Assembly: GCA_026413945.1 (NCBI GenBank)
Contig: JAOAJX010000004.1
Location: 51,281 to 115,280 of the forward strand
Direction of reading: 5' to 3'
Length of the DNA: 64,000 nt
Source of the DNA: Candidatus Iainarchaeum sp.
GTDB lineage: Archaea > Iainarchaeota > Iainarchaeia > Iainarchaeales > DTGL01
The position numbers and the translations under genes were made by a program. Positions 27,396-38,062 of the stretch are shown here, in pieces. Under the pieces are notes generated by a model. The model was not told where the DNA came from. It was given only the letters and a program-made list of their open reading frames with translations, and searched no databases. The stretch's first letter is position 1; each line of letters begins with the position of its first letter.

Positions 27396-28919
27396 TCATC
27401 CACAATGCATGAACCGAAGCACATATTCTTTGGCTTTTTTTGTGTCGTTTCGAATTTCAGCCATAATTTTGGCATCATTGAAAGATTCGAGCTGCTTTGC
27501 AACACCTTCGATAAGTCTCTTTGGAAATACACCATCCTCAAGATAGAAGCCAGAGTGTGCTCTTAAAATTGATGCAGACTCAAAGCATGATGAAGGCAGA
27601 TGCAAAAGCTTTGCGCGTAACCCATTATTTTCACTCTTAAAGACATTTGCACTTACATAGCTCTCTTTCGCAATCTTGCTACAATCTTTGTGTAGAAGGC
27701 CATGCTTTGAAGCCACGGCTATTGCTGCAAGCAAAAGGTGAGAATTTGCTGAAGAGTCTGGGCTCCTTAATTCAATTGTTTGTGTTGCGTGTTCGACTGG
27801 CTTTCGCTTATGTTTGTCTTTTTCACCAATAAAGCATTTTATTTTGCGCCAGCCTAGCGGAACTCTTATAAGCGCAGTCCTGTTTCTCTCACCCCAGCAG
27901 ATGTTTGTAGGTGCCTCGTGGTATGGCACAAGCCGCATATATGAAATAGGCACAGTATTTCCAAACGCAGTTATGCTCGGTGAGAGCTTCAAAAGGCCAC
28001 CAATAATGCTTTTTGCAGTGCTGCTTAAATCCTCGTTTTGATCTATTAAAACGTTCTTTCCTTTTTTAACAGCAGCGATATGTATATGCATGCCACTACC
28101 AGCATTTCCAAATGTTATTTTTGGGGCAAATGTAACCTCACGTCCGTAGGCAGCAGCAACATTCCTTATCACCCATTTAGTAATAACAATGTGGTCAGCC
28201 ATTTCTGCTAATGGCTCAAGGTCAAGTTCTATTTCAAATTGTTCCAACACAGCAGCTTCTGTGTCTATGCAACCAACTTCAGCATGGCCGTATTTTGCAT
28301 TTATGCCTATTTTGTGAAGAATCAAGAGTATTTCTTCGTTCATATCGTGTGACTTAACAAATGGTTTGCTTTCGTGATAGCCTCTTTGCTGCGCACATGG
28401 ATACATGAAAAAAGGCTCTTTTTTTACTATTGAATAATATTCAATCTCGCCAGCTGCAAGAAGCTCTATGCCTGTTTTCTTTTTCAGGGCAAAAATTGCT
28501 TTTTTTAGAACACATGATGAGGAAATATCGAGCTCATTGCCTGACTTATCAAAATAAGAGCAAAGGACATTCAAAGTTGGGTTTTTGGAAAAAGGATTTA
28601 CAAAAGCAGAGCTTAGCCTTGGAACTATGTAAAGATCACTGTTTTCAGTATCGATGTAGGGGAATAAGCTTGAGCCGTCTACACGCTCACCAAAAGCCAT
28701 TATTCTTTCAAAATGTTCTCTGCTTTTTATTGCAAAACTGAGCGTCTTAAGGCGCCCGTCCGCAGGAATGTGGTTAAGATTAAGCATTCTTATGTTTTGC
28801 CTTTCAACTAAGCGCCACAAATCTTGCATACTAAAATCCTCTGGGCTTTTTTTCAGAAATTTCGCTATTTCACCTTTCCCCGAAAAACTTTTTTTGCTAT
28901 ATCGCAAAGTAACCACCAC
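27396..28919 (-). CDS. glnA: Glutamine synthetase type I family
   Basis: DGSS, GEIEYY, HAEVG, AGSGMHIH, RLVPYHEAP, NRTALIRVP, ELRSPD. Confidence 0.92.
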   Translation of the reverse strand: MVVTLRYSKKSFSGKGEIAKFLKKSPEDFSMQDLWRLVERQNIRMLNLNHIPADGRLKTLSFAIKSREHFERIMAFGERVDGSSLFPYIDTENSDLYIVPRLSSAFVNPFSKNPTLNVLCSYFDKSGNELDISSSCVLKKAIFALKKKTGIELLAAGEIEYYSIVKKEPFFMYPCAQQRGYHESKPFVKSHDMNEEILLILHKIGINAKYGHAEVGCIDTEAAVLEQFEIELDLEPLAEMADHIVITKWVIRNVAAAYGREVTFAPKITFGNAGSGMHIHIAAVKKGKNVLIDQNEDLSSTAKSIIGGLLKLSPSITAFGNTVPISYMRLVPYHEAPTNICWGERNRTALIRVPLGWRKIKCFIGEKDKHKRKPVEHATQTIELRSPDSSANSHLLLAAIAVASKHGLLHKDCSKIAKESYVSANVFKSENNGLRAKLLHLPSSCFESASILRAHSGFYLEDGVFPKRLIEGVAKQLESFNDAKIMAEIRNDTKKAKEYVLRFMHCG

Positions 28920-29070
28920 AAAGTATATGCTACAAAGAAAGATATTTTAAGATTGAGCAGCTACATTGTGACTCTTATGAAGAAGACAAAGGCAGAGTAT
29001 TTCAAGAGGCATATTTCGGAAATTTGAGATTAGGGAGTTTTAAATCTAGCGCAAATTAAAAGCATTTTGC

Positions 29071-30621
29071 TTAAATCGGGCTGTAAATTGAGTGCCTTAA
29101 AATCCTTCTAAATGCCAAAAGAGCCTTGTATGCCGGCCATGCAGCAAAGAAACAAAAAACCAAAAACGCAGTAACTTCGCGGCTGTGCATTATTGGGACT
29201 CCGAAATGTGGCAAGTCATAGTATAGAAAAACAGTCATTAGCGCAAGGCAAACAACGATAAAAGCGTTTGCTGCCATTGACTTTGCTTGTTTCAAAACAT
29301 ATGGTGTATTTGCCTTAAGAATTGTCTTTTTCTCTGACTTTGGTAGCTTTGGTATAAGAGAGAAAAGCCTCTCGTGCAAATGCCTATAATTGTAAACCGG
29401 TTGAAAAAGCAATATAGTTATTATTATAAGCAAAAATGCCAAGAAATTAACTGCTTTTGCCTCAGCCATGCTCAAAAGCCCACCAGCTGAAACAACTTGG
29501 GCTATAACTATGAGGAATTCGCCCAACGGACACAAAAGAATAGCAGCCATGGAAGAATCCTCTGAGCTTAATCCAAACTTTGCACCAAGAATCCTTATGC
29601 AAAGAGAATTACCCAAAAATGTCAAAACGCCGAGAAGGATGGCAATTGCAATTAAGTAAAGCAGCTCTTGTGTTTGCGGAACCATAACTTTTCCGCTAAA
29701 GGAATCATAAAATATTGTTGTGCCAAATGCCACAAAGAAAAAAACCAAAAAGAAATCCATAAGGAAAGAAATATTATTTTTTATTTTTTTTCCAGATGCT
29801 GTTTCGCTCAGTGCGAAGCCGGCAAAATATGCACCTAAGCTTGCAGAAAGGCCGAGAGTATCGCCGAGGGTGGCAACAATTATGCCGATGCCAATGGCAT
29901 AAAGTGCCATTTTTACCTGTCCAAACCCTTCTTGCTTTATGTACCTTTCGACTTTTCTTGATAGGTAGTGAACACAGTAGAATGCACTAGCTGCAAAAAC
30001 TATTGCTGTAAGGCCAGTGTTTATTATTGCAAATGGTCCGCCACCTTTAAACTTTGACATGCTCGCTATAAGGACGAGTATCATTATTCCCAAAAAATCT
30101 TGTAAAACGTTGATCGAAAGAGCAACCTTTGCACCATTTAGGTGAACTATTTTTTGGTCTATTACAAACTTTGCGATTATTGCTGTGCTTGTATTTGGTA
30201 GCATTGCGCCAATCACTATAGCAAAAAAAGGACTATAGCCAAGCGCAAGCATTGTGAATGTCCCAAGAGACATCACAAAAGCAAGGTCTATTATTGCTAA
30301 ACCGAAGACAGCTGAGCCAGCTGAAAGAAATTGCTTCCAAGAAAGCTCAAGGCCTAAATAAAACAACAGCACAAAAAGTCCTAATTCAGAAAAAACCTGT
30401 ATTAGTGCATCTTTAGGACTTATGAGGTTAAGCAGAAATGGGCCTAAAAAGAAGCCAGCTATTATAAAGCCGATTACTTCATTTTGACCAAGTTTCTTTA
30501 TGATTGTGCTCAAAGCAAGAGCTACTATTACTATTATGCCAATCATTGTAAACGGCACAGCTAGCAAAGCCATAGTATTCAATAAAGCTTCTAAAAATAA
30601 AAACCTATTGTGCATTGGCAT
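29071..30621 (-). CDS. CPA2-family cation:proton antiporter
   Basis: LLFYLGLE, TSTAII, LQD, LGAYFAG, PLGEF. Confidence 0.9.
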   Translation of the reverse strand: MPMHNRFLFLEALLNTMALLAVPFTMIGIIVIVALALSTIIKKLGQNEVIGFIIAGFFLGPFLLNLISPKDALIQVFSELGLFVLLFYLGLELSWKQFLSAGSAVFGLAIIDLAFVMSLGTFTMLALGYSPFFAIVIGAMLPNTSTAIIAKFVIDQKIVHLNGAKVALSINVLQDFLGIMILVLIASMSKFKGGGPFAIINTGLTAIVFAASAFYCVHYLSRKVERYIKQEGFGQVKMALYAIGIGIIVATLGDTLGLSASLGAYFAGFALSETASGKKIKNNISFLMDFFLVFFFVAFGTTIFYDSFSGKVMVPQTQELLYLIAIAILLGVLTFLGNSLCIRILGAKFGLSSEDSSMAAILLCPLGEFLIVIAQVVSAGGLLSMAEAKAVNFLAFLLIIITILLFQPVYNYRHLHERLFSLIPKLPKSEKKTILKANTPYVLKQAKSMAANAFIVVCLALMTVFLYYDLPHFGVPIMHSREVTAFLVFCFFAAWPAYKALLAFRRILRHSIYSPI

Positions 30622-30643
30622 TATAATTCAAATTAGTTTAGAT

Positions 30644-31693
30644 TTATCTAACCTCAAAATCAATTACAATTTGAACCTTAGAGGCAGATACAGATCTTAC
30701 AATGCGTTTATCAGAAAAAACAACGAACCGCTTATTTTTTGCAGCTGCAGTGCTAATTTTTTTTTCAGAATCCAAAAAAGGGTTTTTTGTGTCAGCAAAT
30801 CGATAAAAATGAACCTTACAGCCATTATTAGCTGAAGCGAATACCTCATCAAGAAAGTCTTCAGCACCTTTTGGCATTGGCATCACTATGCGGTCAAACT
30901 TCTCATTTAGCTTCGGCACAATTTTCCTTACATCTCCTAGAAGGGGCCTAATCCTATTTTCAGACTTGTTAATCTTTATATTCTCAACAAGTAAAGAATA
31001 TGCTTTAGGATTGAGTTCAATTGCAATTGCATATTTCATTTTGGTGTGCTTTGCAAAAACTATGGGAAAAGGCCCAACACCAGCAAACCACGCACCAATT
31101 ATTTCGTTTGGCTTTATCAGTCTTGCAATTCTCATCCTTTCAAAGCTCAATCTTGGAGAAAAATATGTATTTGCCACATCAACCTTGAAAAGGCATCCAG
31201 ATTCCTTATGCAATGTTAAAGTTCTTTTTTCGCCAGCTATTATTTCAATAGGCCTTAGCCGAAAATCACCTGTGTGCTCACCACATATTCTAGCAACAGT
31301 CTTAATATGTGGATGAACTTCCAGAATAGCTTCACCAACAAATTGCTTTTTATTCTCAAGTTCTTTTGGTATTTCAATTACCGCTATATCACCAATGACA
31401 TCAAAAGAAGTTACAAGCTGTTCAGCTTCCTTTTCCGTTAGTTTCTCTCGAAGGATCTCTTTGAAAGACTTTGGCCTATATTCGGAAGGAGAAAGCACCT
31501 TATCTTCTATTACAAAAGCGCATATTTTTTCTAGCTGCTCTTTCTGCTTTTTGCTGGGTTCTTTTATAAGTGGAAACCATATATATTCGTTGTCTTTGTA
31601 TGGCAAAAAACTGAAATCAAGCAATTTTTTTGAAATTAAGGCCTTCCTAATGATTTCGCCAAATTTTTTGTTTGTTCTTATGCAAAGGGGCAT
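30644..31693 (-). CDS. Trm5/Taw2-family tRNA methyltransferase
   Basis: FDVIGDIA, YFSPRL..ER, FAGVGPF, IELNP, FDRIVMPMP. Confidence 0.9.
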   Translation of the reverse strand: MPLCIRTNKKFGEIIRKALISKKLLDFSFLPYKDNEYIWFPLIKEPSKKQKEQLEKICAFVIEDKVLSPSEYRPKSFKEILREKLTEKEAEQLVTSFDVIGDIAVIEIPKELENKKQFVGEAILEVHPHIKTVARICGEHTGDFRLRPIEIIAGEKRTLTLHKESGCLFKVDVANTYFSPRLSFERMRIARLIKPNEIIGAWFAGVGPFPIVFAKHTKMKYAIAIELNPKAYSLLVENIKINKSENRIRPLLGDVRKIVPKLNEKFDRIVMPMPKGAEDFLDEVFASANNGCKVHFYRFADTKNPFLDSEKKISTAAAKNKRFVVFSDKRIVRSVSASKVQIVIDFEVR

Positions 31694-31717
31694 ATCTGTT
31701 ATTTTAGGGGATACCTT

Positions 31718-34700
31718 TTAATTTTTATCAGATGACTTTTTGCTTTTCTTTTCTGAAGTGTCGGTTCTTTTATTTTCTACATCTTCAGCGTTTTCCCTTT
31801 TTGTTTTGTCTGTAGGGCTTTTTAAATAAAGCCGCAGAACCAAAAACCACATGATAAGAAAAGCTAAAACTACCAAAAAGATAAATGGCAAAATAAACCA
31901 GAAATAACTAACACCAACATCACTTCTTCCAGAAGGCTTTATCGTAAGCACTGGTGAAACCGTTGTCGAATGTGGCTTGTTTTTATCAGGTGTTGGAGTT
32001 GGTTTTTGTGTGTTTGGTGTTGGGTATTGTGTTTCTCTTGTTTGATTGTAATCTTGGATTGCAAGACCTATAACAACAGGTTCTTGATATTCATAGACTG
32101 CATTCTCGTCTATTTTAGAATTTACATAATAAACAATTTCATTTTTGCCTGCTAAATAAAACTCAAGCACAGGATCTGGCTGCACAACCTTAAAGGGCTC
32201 ATTACTTGTGACAACGCTTGCATCATTTGCGATAGATTTAGGGATTATCTCGAGGATCTTTGCACTTTGCGTGTTTGTGTTAAATTCAAATGATAATGTA
32301 ACTTTTGCTTTGTGTGATACTTTGCCATTTCCATCACGATATGCGAAAAGCTGCACTTTTCTTTTTGTTGAAACGACATGCTTGCCAAATTCAGCAAACC
32401 TTGTTAGTTCGTCGTTGCTATAAAGAGACTGCAAAATTTTAGGTATTGATTGCTTAGAGAAAACCCTGGTTAGCTCAAAAACGCGTTCCTCAGAGCTATC
32501 TTTTGGAGTTTCTTGGGCTTTTGGTGACATGGTGGGAGTATTCCTTGGAGTGATGCCGGGTGAGTAGCTGCCGCCACCCCCGCCACCGCTTGGCCTGGTG
32601 GGTTTGGGTGTTGGTGTTAGTGATGGATTAACATATATTTCAACAGAAACTTTGTTGTCTGTTTTATAGTCGTTGGCTACATTTTTAATTTGTACCTCAA
32701 AGGTTTTTACGCCAATCTTTGTTAAAGTTTGGGAATATAAAGACACGGGGGTTACAATTTCCGGCTCAAGCACGACCTTTTTTTGATGCAATAGACTTGA
32801 GCCGTCCATAAGTTGCAAAGTAGCATTAACAGCCCATGGCGCACGGTTGAAAACATTTGCAATTATCTCCGCCCTAGATCCCTTATATGCTGGTAAGGGC
32901 ACATCTATGCTTTCAATTCCGACTGCATTACCATCAATGAATAAAGATGAAGCAAGGTTATTGTCTTCCAGAAGCAATTCGCTAGGCAAGCTATCTATGG
33001 AGACAAGAATATTATGATCACCCAAAGCATTTATCGATATGTTTTGGAACACAACTAAGTTATTTTGACGAGGAGAGAGCTTACTACTGATTGTTTGGAT
33101 ATAGAAGCCGTCTACAAAAAGCGATAAATTCTTATCAATTTGTTCATCCCCCTGCATATCCAACCAAACGTTTACAATTACATTGAAATCTCTGCCAACC
33201 AGCGTCCTATTTTGATACAAAGTATTTTCAAAGTCTACTGATATTAAAGCAACATCATTAACGTCTACGATTTGCTCTAACTCTTTGCTGGATGCCAATG
33301 CATAATGTTCAGTTTCTACCTTTGGATTTTGGTATTTATTAACAATAAGGATATATTGGCCATCCTCTGGAACAACAACCTGTTCAACATTATCTATTTT
33401 TGAAAGAGATTGAGACACAAGATTGCCGTTTTCATCATAAAGCCTTAAATCTATGTCGCTTATCTTAGCGCAGTAATCTTCTGAGAAATTTTTGTAGTAA
33501 TAATGAAAACGCTCATCAAGATAGTAAGCTGTATCTTCATCTATATTGCAGTGACGCGGCCAAACTACAGTTATTTTGTCACCCGCCTCAAAGTTTCCAC
33601 GGTAGTAGTGTTTGGAATAGTTTGAATCCATTAGGGCGGCAATCGTATTATTTCCCTGATGATATGCTTTTTTTAGATTCAAGTAGCCCCACCCATAATT
33701 TATGTCCCAGCCAGGTTCACCCCAATCATCAGCGCTATTTATAAGCAAGGCCTTTGCCTGAAGCCAATTAAGGTTAAATTTCCCAATCAAAAGCGCAGCA
33801 GCGCCAGTAACATGTGGAGCAGCCATGCTCGTGCCTGACGCAGCTATAGTTTCATTGTTGTCTCCGGGAATAGCTGAGATTATGCCAATTAGGCAGTTTC
33901 TATCAATTGAACAGTCAGAGCCAAATTGGTTTGTTATGTGACCACCAGGGGCAGATAGATCTGGCTTTTTTCTGCCATCAGCGGCAGGGCCTCGGCTAGA
34001 CCATGGCGCAATAACATCGTCAGCTCTATCAGCTGTTTTATTAATGTCCAAAGCTGAAACAGATATTACATTGTAAGCATCCGAAGGTAGGCTTATGGAG
34101 TTTTGGTCTTCATCCTCACAACGTCCCCCCCAGTAAGGCCCCTCATTGCCAGCTGCGAAGACAAGAAGTTTGCTATAATTGTTTGCTAAATAATCTACAT
34201 AGATTGATGCTAATGATTTACCATCTGATTCATAATATCCACCACAATTCTTATTTGTGGAACCCCAAGAATTGTTTGCTACTTGTGCCGGCTTACTTCT
34301 GTTTTCATCAAAGCATTTTTTGAGATTGGTAAATAAGCAAAACGGAAAAAAGACGAGAAAACCTTTCGCATTTACAATATGGTCAACGCCTTTTGCAATA
34401 CCGGTATAATTATTGTCAATAGATGCCACTATGCCAGCCACATGAGTGCCATGTCCAATCTCATCAAACCTTGCAAGGCTTTGCTCACAGTTGATATTTT
34501 CGAATGTCTTGCCAGCAAAGAAACCATGCGCCACATCTATGCCTGTGTCAGCTATGCAAACGCTTGTGCCAATGCCATTGTAGTCCGCCTCTTCATAAAA
34601 GTAAGGTGCTTCTACGGCAGGATTGGAGTAATTGAGAAGCGGGCTTGGCATGCTAAGCTCAAACCTTTTTACTTCATCTCTCAAAATGAATGAAACGGCT

Positions 34701-35059
34701 TTTTCTTTTCGTACGGCGACTTGATAAAATCTGCCATCTAGCTTTCCAGCAATAGCGTTTTCATCTATGCTATACAGCAAATAATTCATTGCATCTTCAT
34801 TTAAATCTGACTCAACAATAAACACAAGAAAGTTGCTGTCAAGCAGATTTTTTTTGTGCTTAAAGCCATCTCCAAGGTCCATTGCTTTTGCACCTTCAGT
34901 CAAAGAAAATGAGATATCAGCAATAATTCTCCTTTCAGTCGGGTTCATTTTTTCCAGAGGAAGAGCCAAGAATGCTCCAAATAAAAAGCATGCACAAAAA
35001 AGAACGGCAAATATCCTGCCAAAATGTTTTTTATTTTGAGTCTGCTTTAGGTAGCCCAT
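31718..35059 (-). CDS. Membrane-anchored S8 (subtilisin) serine protease with Ig/CARDB-like domains
   Basis: Triad DTG, GHGTHVAG, SGTSMAAPHV; oxyanion AAGNEG; signal peptide; PT/G-rich linkers; C-terminal TM. Confidence 0.94.
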   Translation of the reverse strand: MGYLKQTQNKKHFGRIFAVLFCACFLFGAFLALPLEKMNPTERRIIADISFSLTEGAKAMDLGDGFKHKKNLLDSNFLVFIVESDLNEDAMNYLLYSIDENAIAGKLDGRFYQVAVRKEKAVSFILRDEVKRFELSMPSPLLNYSNPAVEAPYFYEEADYNGIGTSVCIADTGIDVAHGFFAGKTFENINCEQSLARFDEIGHGTHVAGIVASIDNNYTGIAKGVDHIVNAKGFLVFFPFCLFTNLKKCFDENRSKPAQVANNSWGSTNKNCGGYYESDGKSLASIYVDYLANNYSKLLVFAAGNEGPYWGGRCEDEDQNSISLPSDAYNVISVSALDINKTADRADDVIAPWSSRGPAADGRKKPDLSAPGGHITNQFGSDCSIDRNCLIGIISAIPGDNNETIAASGTSMAAPHVTGAAALLIGKFNLNWLQAKALLINSADDWGEPGWDINYGWGYLNLKKAYHQGNNTIAALMDSNYSKHYYRGNFEAGDKITVVWPRHCNIDEDTAYYLDERFHYYYKNFSEDYCAKISDIDLRLYDENGNLVSQSLSKIDNVEQVVVPEDGQYILIVNKYQNPKVETEHYALASSKELEQIVDVNDVALISVDFENTLYQNRTLVGRDFNVIVNVWLDMQGDEQIDKNLSLFVDGFYIQTISSKLSPRQNNLVVFQNISINALGDHNILVSIDSLPSELLLEDNNLASSLFIDGNAVGIESIDVPLPAYKGSRAEIIANVFNRAPWAVNATLQLMDGSSLLHQKKVVLEPEIVTPVSLYSQTLTKIGVKTFEVQIKNVANDYKTDNKVSVEIYVNPSLTPTPKPTRPSGGGGGGSYSPGITPRNTPTMSPKAQETPKDSSEERVFELTRVFSKQSIPKILQSLYSNDELTRFAEFGKHVVSTKRKVQLFAYRDGNGKVSHKAKVTLSFEFNTNTQSAKILEIIPKSIANDASVVTSNEPFKVVQPDPVLEFYLAGKNEIVYYVNSKIDENAVYEYQEPVVIGLAIQDYNQTRETQYPTPNTQKPTPTPDKNKPHSTTVSPVLTIKPSGRSDVGVSYFWFILPFIFLVVLAFLIMWFLVLRLYLKSPTDKTKRENAEDVENKRTDTSEKKSKKSSDKN

Positions 35060-35086
35060 AAAATCACTACTATATTGACTTCATTC

Positions 35087-35102
35087 ATATATATATATAT
35101 AT
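35087..35102. repeat. (AT)8 microsatellite at the TATA position of the S8 protease promoter
   Basis: ATATATATATATATAT 28-43 nt upstream of the minus-strand ATG at 35059. Confidence 0.85.
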
Positions 35103-35160
35103 TTCTCTCGTCCTACATTTATACTGAAGCAAAAATAGGGCATTTAGTGGTGCTTAAAAC

Positions 35161-35982
35161 ATGGCTGACATTTTCTCAGAGTATTTTGTCAGGCCTGCTC
35201 TTGATCCAGCATATCAAGGTTATAACATAGTAAATACATTTGTTTATGGTGCAATACTGCTTGGCTTGTCTTTCTTTGTGATTTTTCCTTTACTTGACAA
35301 GCGTGGTATAAAATTCGATTTGCGCTTTGCGCTGTCGCTAATACCATACATTTTACTTGGAGCTTCCTTACGAGCAATAAATGAATTTAAATTGTTGCCT
35401 TTTGTGAATAAAACATTTAATCCACTAGAATTTGGTTTTTGGACCTATACGCCAGGGGTGTGGTTTTTTGTTTTTGGGGTTACTATAGCAGGCCTAATAA
35501 TATCAAGGAAATTGTGGAAGAAAAATTATTATAAGTCTTTTACAATTTTTGGAGTTGCTGTTGGATCATTGCCGGTGGTGCTTTGCTTATTTAGCTTTAC
35601 CAATTGGCTTGCATTTTTTTTGCCGCTACTATTTACTGCATTTACATCTATTGCAATAGGTTTCTTTACGCCGTTAAAGAAAAATCTGCTGCAAAACAGG
35701 ATGAACCTTCTTGTTTTAGGTGGGCAGCTTTTGGATGGCTTTGCTACTGCAATTGCAATAGCTTATTTCAATTTCCGCGAGCAGCACCCTGTGAGCGAAG
35801 CAATTCTAAATCTTAACCCTTGGCTTTTTGTGCTTATAAAAGCGCTTCTTGCGCTAGTCCTTGTGTACTACATTGACTGCGCAATAAAAAGAGAAAACCT
35901 TGCAAGCTTCGCAAAGCTTTTCATAATAATATTGGGCTTTTCAACAGGCTTAGCAAGTGTTTTTAAATTAGGTCTTGCGTAG
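35161..35982 (+). CDS. DUF63-family archaeal membrane protein
   Basis: GYN.VNT..Y, PYILLG..LR, TPG, LDG.AT, EQHP, ILG...G. Confidence 0.85.
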   Translation: MADIFSEYFVRPALDPAYQGYNIVNTFVYGAILLGLSFFVIFPLLDKRGIKFDLRFALSLIPYILLGASLRAINEFKLLPFVNKTFNPLEFGFWTYTPGVWFFVFGVTIAGLIISRKLWKKNYYKSFTIFGVAVGSLPVVLCLFSFTNWLAFFLPLLFTAFTSIAIGFFTPLKKNLLQNRMNLLVLGGQLLDGFATAIAIAYFNFREQHPVSEAILNLNPWLFVLIKALLALVLVYYIDCAIKRENLASFAKLFIIILGFSTGLASVFKLGLA

Positions 35983-35990
35983 GATTTTGG

Positions 35991-37241
35991 TCAGCTGGCA
36001 GTACAAATGCCTTCTTTGCATACGCAAGCTGTTTCTGGCTTAGGCCTTATAACTTGAAGGCACATTTGCCTAATAGCTGAGCAGTTTAGTTTAAGTTTGC
36101 TTGGGTTTACGCATTCCCAGTAAGCACCCGCATTTTCTGGGCAACAATTCGTGCTAACCCATGCGCAGTCAGCATCGGAAATGCAATCTTTAGGCCCAGT
36201 TCCGCTTTTCTTATCTTCTATATCAACTACAACCCACAAGGTTCTAAGCTTCTTTTTTGGCTCTGGGTCAAACTCAAGCTTTATTAGCTTTTCTACCTCT
36301 GCTTGGGGAATTCTGTAAGAAAGTTTTGCAAATTTGCCTAAATTTGTTGGATAGAAAAAAGGGCCTTGCCATAATCTTTGGAAGGCCTCTGATTCCTTCT
36401 CTGTGAAGCCTATGCTGAGCATCTTAGCGTTGAGATCGGGATAATTTGGTGTTTCTGCAAGCTTAACTTCTATGCTCTTGCCTGCTGGAAGAACATCTAA
36501 AGAGCCTAAAAAGTATTTGCCTGAAATGAAATTAGGATCTTCTTTAACTGAAATTGTAACATCATACACATCACAATTGAAATTGTTTGTGACCTTGGCC
36601 TTCATGCTCTTTATGTCATAGTCAACTTTAACATTGTTATAAAACTTCATCTCTCCTTCGTAGAAAAGGAATCTTGCATCTGTTCCATTATAGCTCAGCA
36701 AATCTGCTTCGACATCATTTAGGTCTGATAATATTGACTCAAGTGGCACAAGACTTTTTGTTGCTCTGCTGATTAGTTTCTTTTCACCTAAGATTTTTAC
36801 ATTTTTCCATTCTGCTTTGCTTCCAACTAACTGGGCTTCTGGATAAGTTATTGTTGGCCTGCCATCAGCAAAAACAGCCCTTGCGCTGAAGCTTTCAACT
36901 TTGCCACCGTATTTGCTCGAATGAATATATACAACAGGCTGTTTAACGATTAAAACTTCTTCTGGCCTCGAAGTCAAGATCCAAGAAGTGTTATTATCGC
37001 AGCCGGCTATTACGCCCCATTCGTGAACCTCGTAATCAGCAAATTGCCGTGGAGCAATCGTTGGCGTTTGTCTTGGTGTAGTGGGTGGTTGCGGCGATGT
37101 GGTTGGCACATAGCCAGAATCATCGTCTATTGGCGCACCTTCGTTTATATGCATAAGAAAGTATACTGCCACAATTGAAAGCAAAATAAATGCCAAGGCA
37201 AAAATACCCAAAATGCGTGGGTTATTTTTCAAGGAAGCCAT
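35991..37241 (-). CDS. Membrane-anchored hypothetical protein with C-terminal Cys-rich domain
   Basis: N-terminal TM and PT linker; VHEWG, KQPVVY, FLFYEG; 8-Cys C-terminal module. Confidence 0.75.
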   Translation of the reverse strand: MASLKNNPRILGIFALAFILLSIVAVYFLMHINEGAPIDDDSGYVPTTSPQPPTTPRQTPTIAPRQFADYEVHEWGVIAGCDNNTSWILTSRPEEVLIVKQPVVYIHSSKYGGKVESFSARAVFADGRPTITYPEAQLVGSKAEWKNVKILGEKKLISRATKSLVPLESILSDLNDVEADLLSYNGTDARFLFYEGEMKFYNNVKVDYDIKSMKAKVTNNFNCDVYDVTISVKEDPNFISGKYFLGSLDVLPAGKSIEVKLAETPNYPDLNAKMLSIGFTEKESEAFQRLWQGPFFYPTNLGKFAKLSYRIPQAEVEKLIKLEFDPEPKKKLRTLWVVVDIEDKKSGTGPKDCISDADCAWVSTNCCPENAGAYWECVNPSKLKLNCSAIRQMCLQVIRPKPETACVCKEGICTAS

Positions 37242-37308
37242 AAAACCACCATATCTATTATATGCGACAAATTTTAAATAACTCTTGTGCCAAATTTTAT
37301 TGGTAAGA

Positions 37309-38061
37309 ATGTTTTATTTAATAAGCGCTGGATTAGGCCCAAAGCAGATTACAGTGGAAGCCTTTGATGCGATAAAGAGCTGTGAAGAGCTTTACTTTGA
37401 CACATATACAAGCTTATGCGAAGGCATGCTCGAGAAGCTCGAGAAGCTTGCAGGTAAAAAAATAGTGCCTCTCGGCAGGATTGAAGTCGAGGGCCTTTTC
37501 TTCGAGAAGCTCAAGACAGCAAAAGAAAAAAACATAGGGCTCATTGTTTTAGGTAATGCTCTTTTTGCAACAACACATATACAGCTATTGATTGACTGTA
37601 AGGAGTTAGGTGTAGATTACAAGGTTGTGCAGGGAATATCAATTCAAAATTATGTGGGCCTTACAGGCCTTAGCAGCTACCGATTCGGCGAAACAGTAAG
37701 CATAGTTTTGCCAGAGGAAAAATACGCGCCAACCTCTTTCTACGAAAAGCTTGCAAGGAACTACAAAAACAAGCTTCATACGCTTTGTCTCCTTGATATA
37801 AAAGACGGAAAGCAGATTGACGCTCATGCTGCAATTGAACGCCTACTCGAGATTGAAAAGAAGAGGAAAAGCAAAATCATGAAGCAAGCACACCTTATTG
37901 CAATATGCTGTGCTGGTAACGATAGAGAACAAATATCGGTAGGAAAAGCTTCTGAGCTTTTAGAGCAAAAAATTCCGACACCAACAGCAATTATAGTTTG
38001 TGCTGAAATGAGTGACAATGAAAGGAAAGCCATTAAAGCATTGTATGGAAAGGAGGTTTAG
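37309..38061 (+). CDS. dph5: Diphthine synthase
   Basis: YFDTYTS, ATTH, GLSSYRFG.TVSI, LHTLCLLDI. Confidence 0.93.
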   Translation: MFYLISAGLGPKQITVEAFDAIKSCEELYFDTYTSLCEGMLEKLEKLAGKKIVPLGRIEVEGLFFEKLKTAKEKNIGLIVLGNALFATTHIQLLIDCKELGVDYKVVQGISIQNYVGLTGLSSYRFGETVSIVLPEEKYAPTSFYEKLARNYKNKLHTLCLLDIKDGKQIDAHAAIERLLEIEKKRKSKIMKQAHLIAICCAGNDREQISVGKASELLEQKIPTPTAIIVCAEMSDNERKAIKALYGKEV

Positions 38062-38062
38062 C

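Noticed and set aside
28977-29027. ATGAAGA...CAGA...TTGA as a possible C/D-box sRNA or 16-aa ORF
   Set aside because: The boxes are degenerate, with no terminal stem and no recognisable guide complementarity; no SD.
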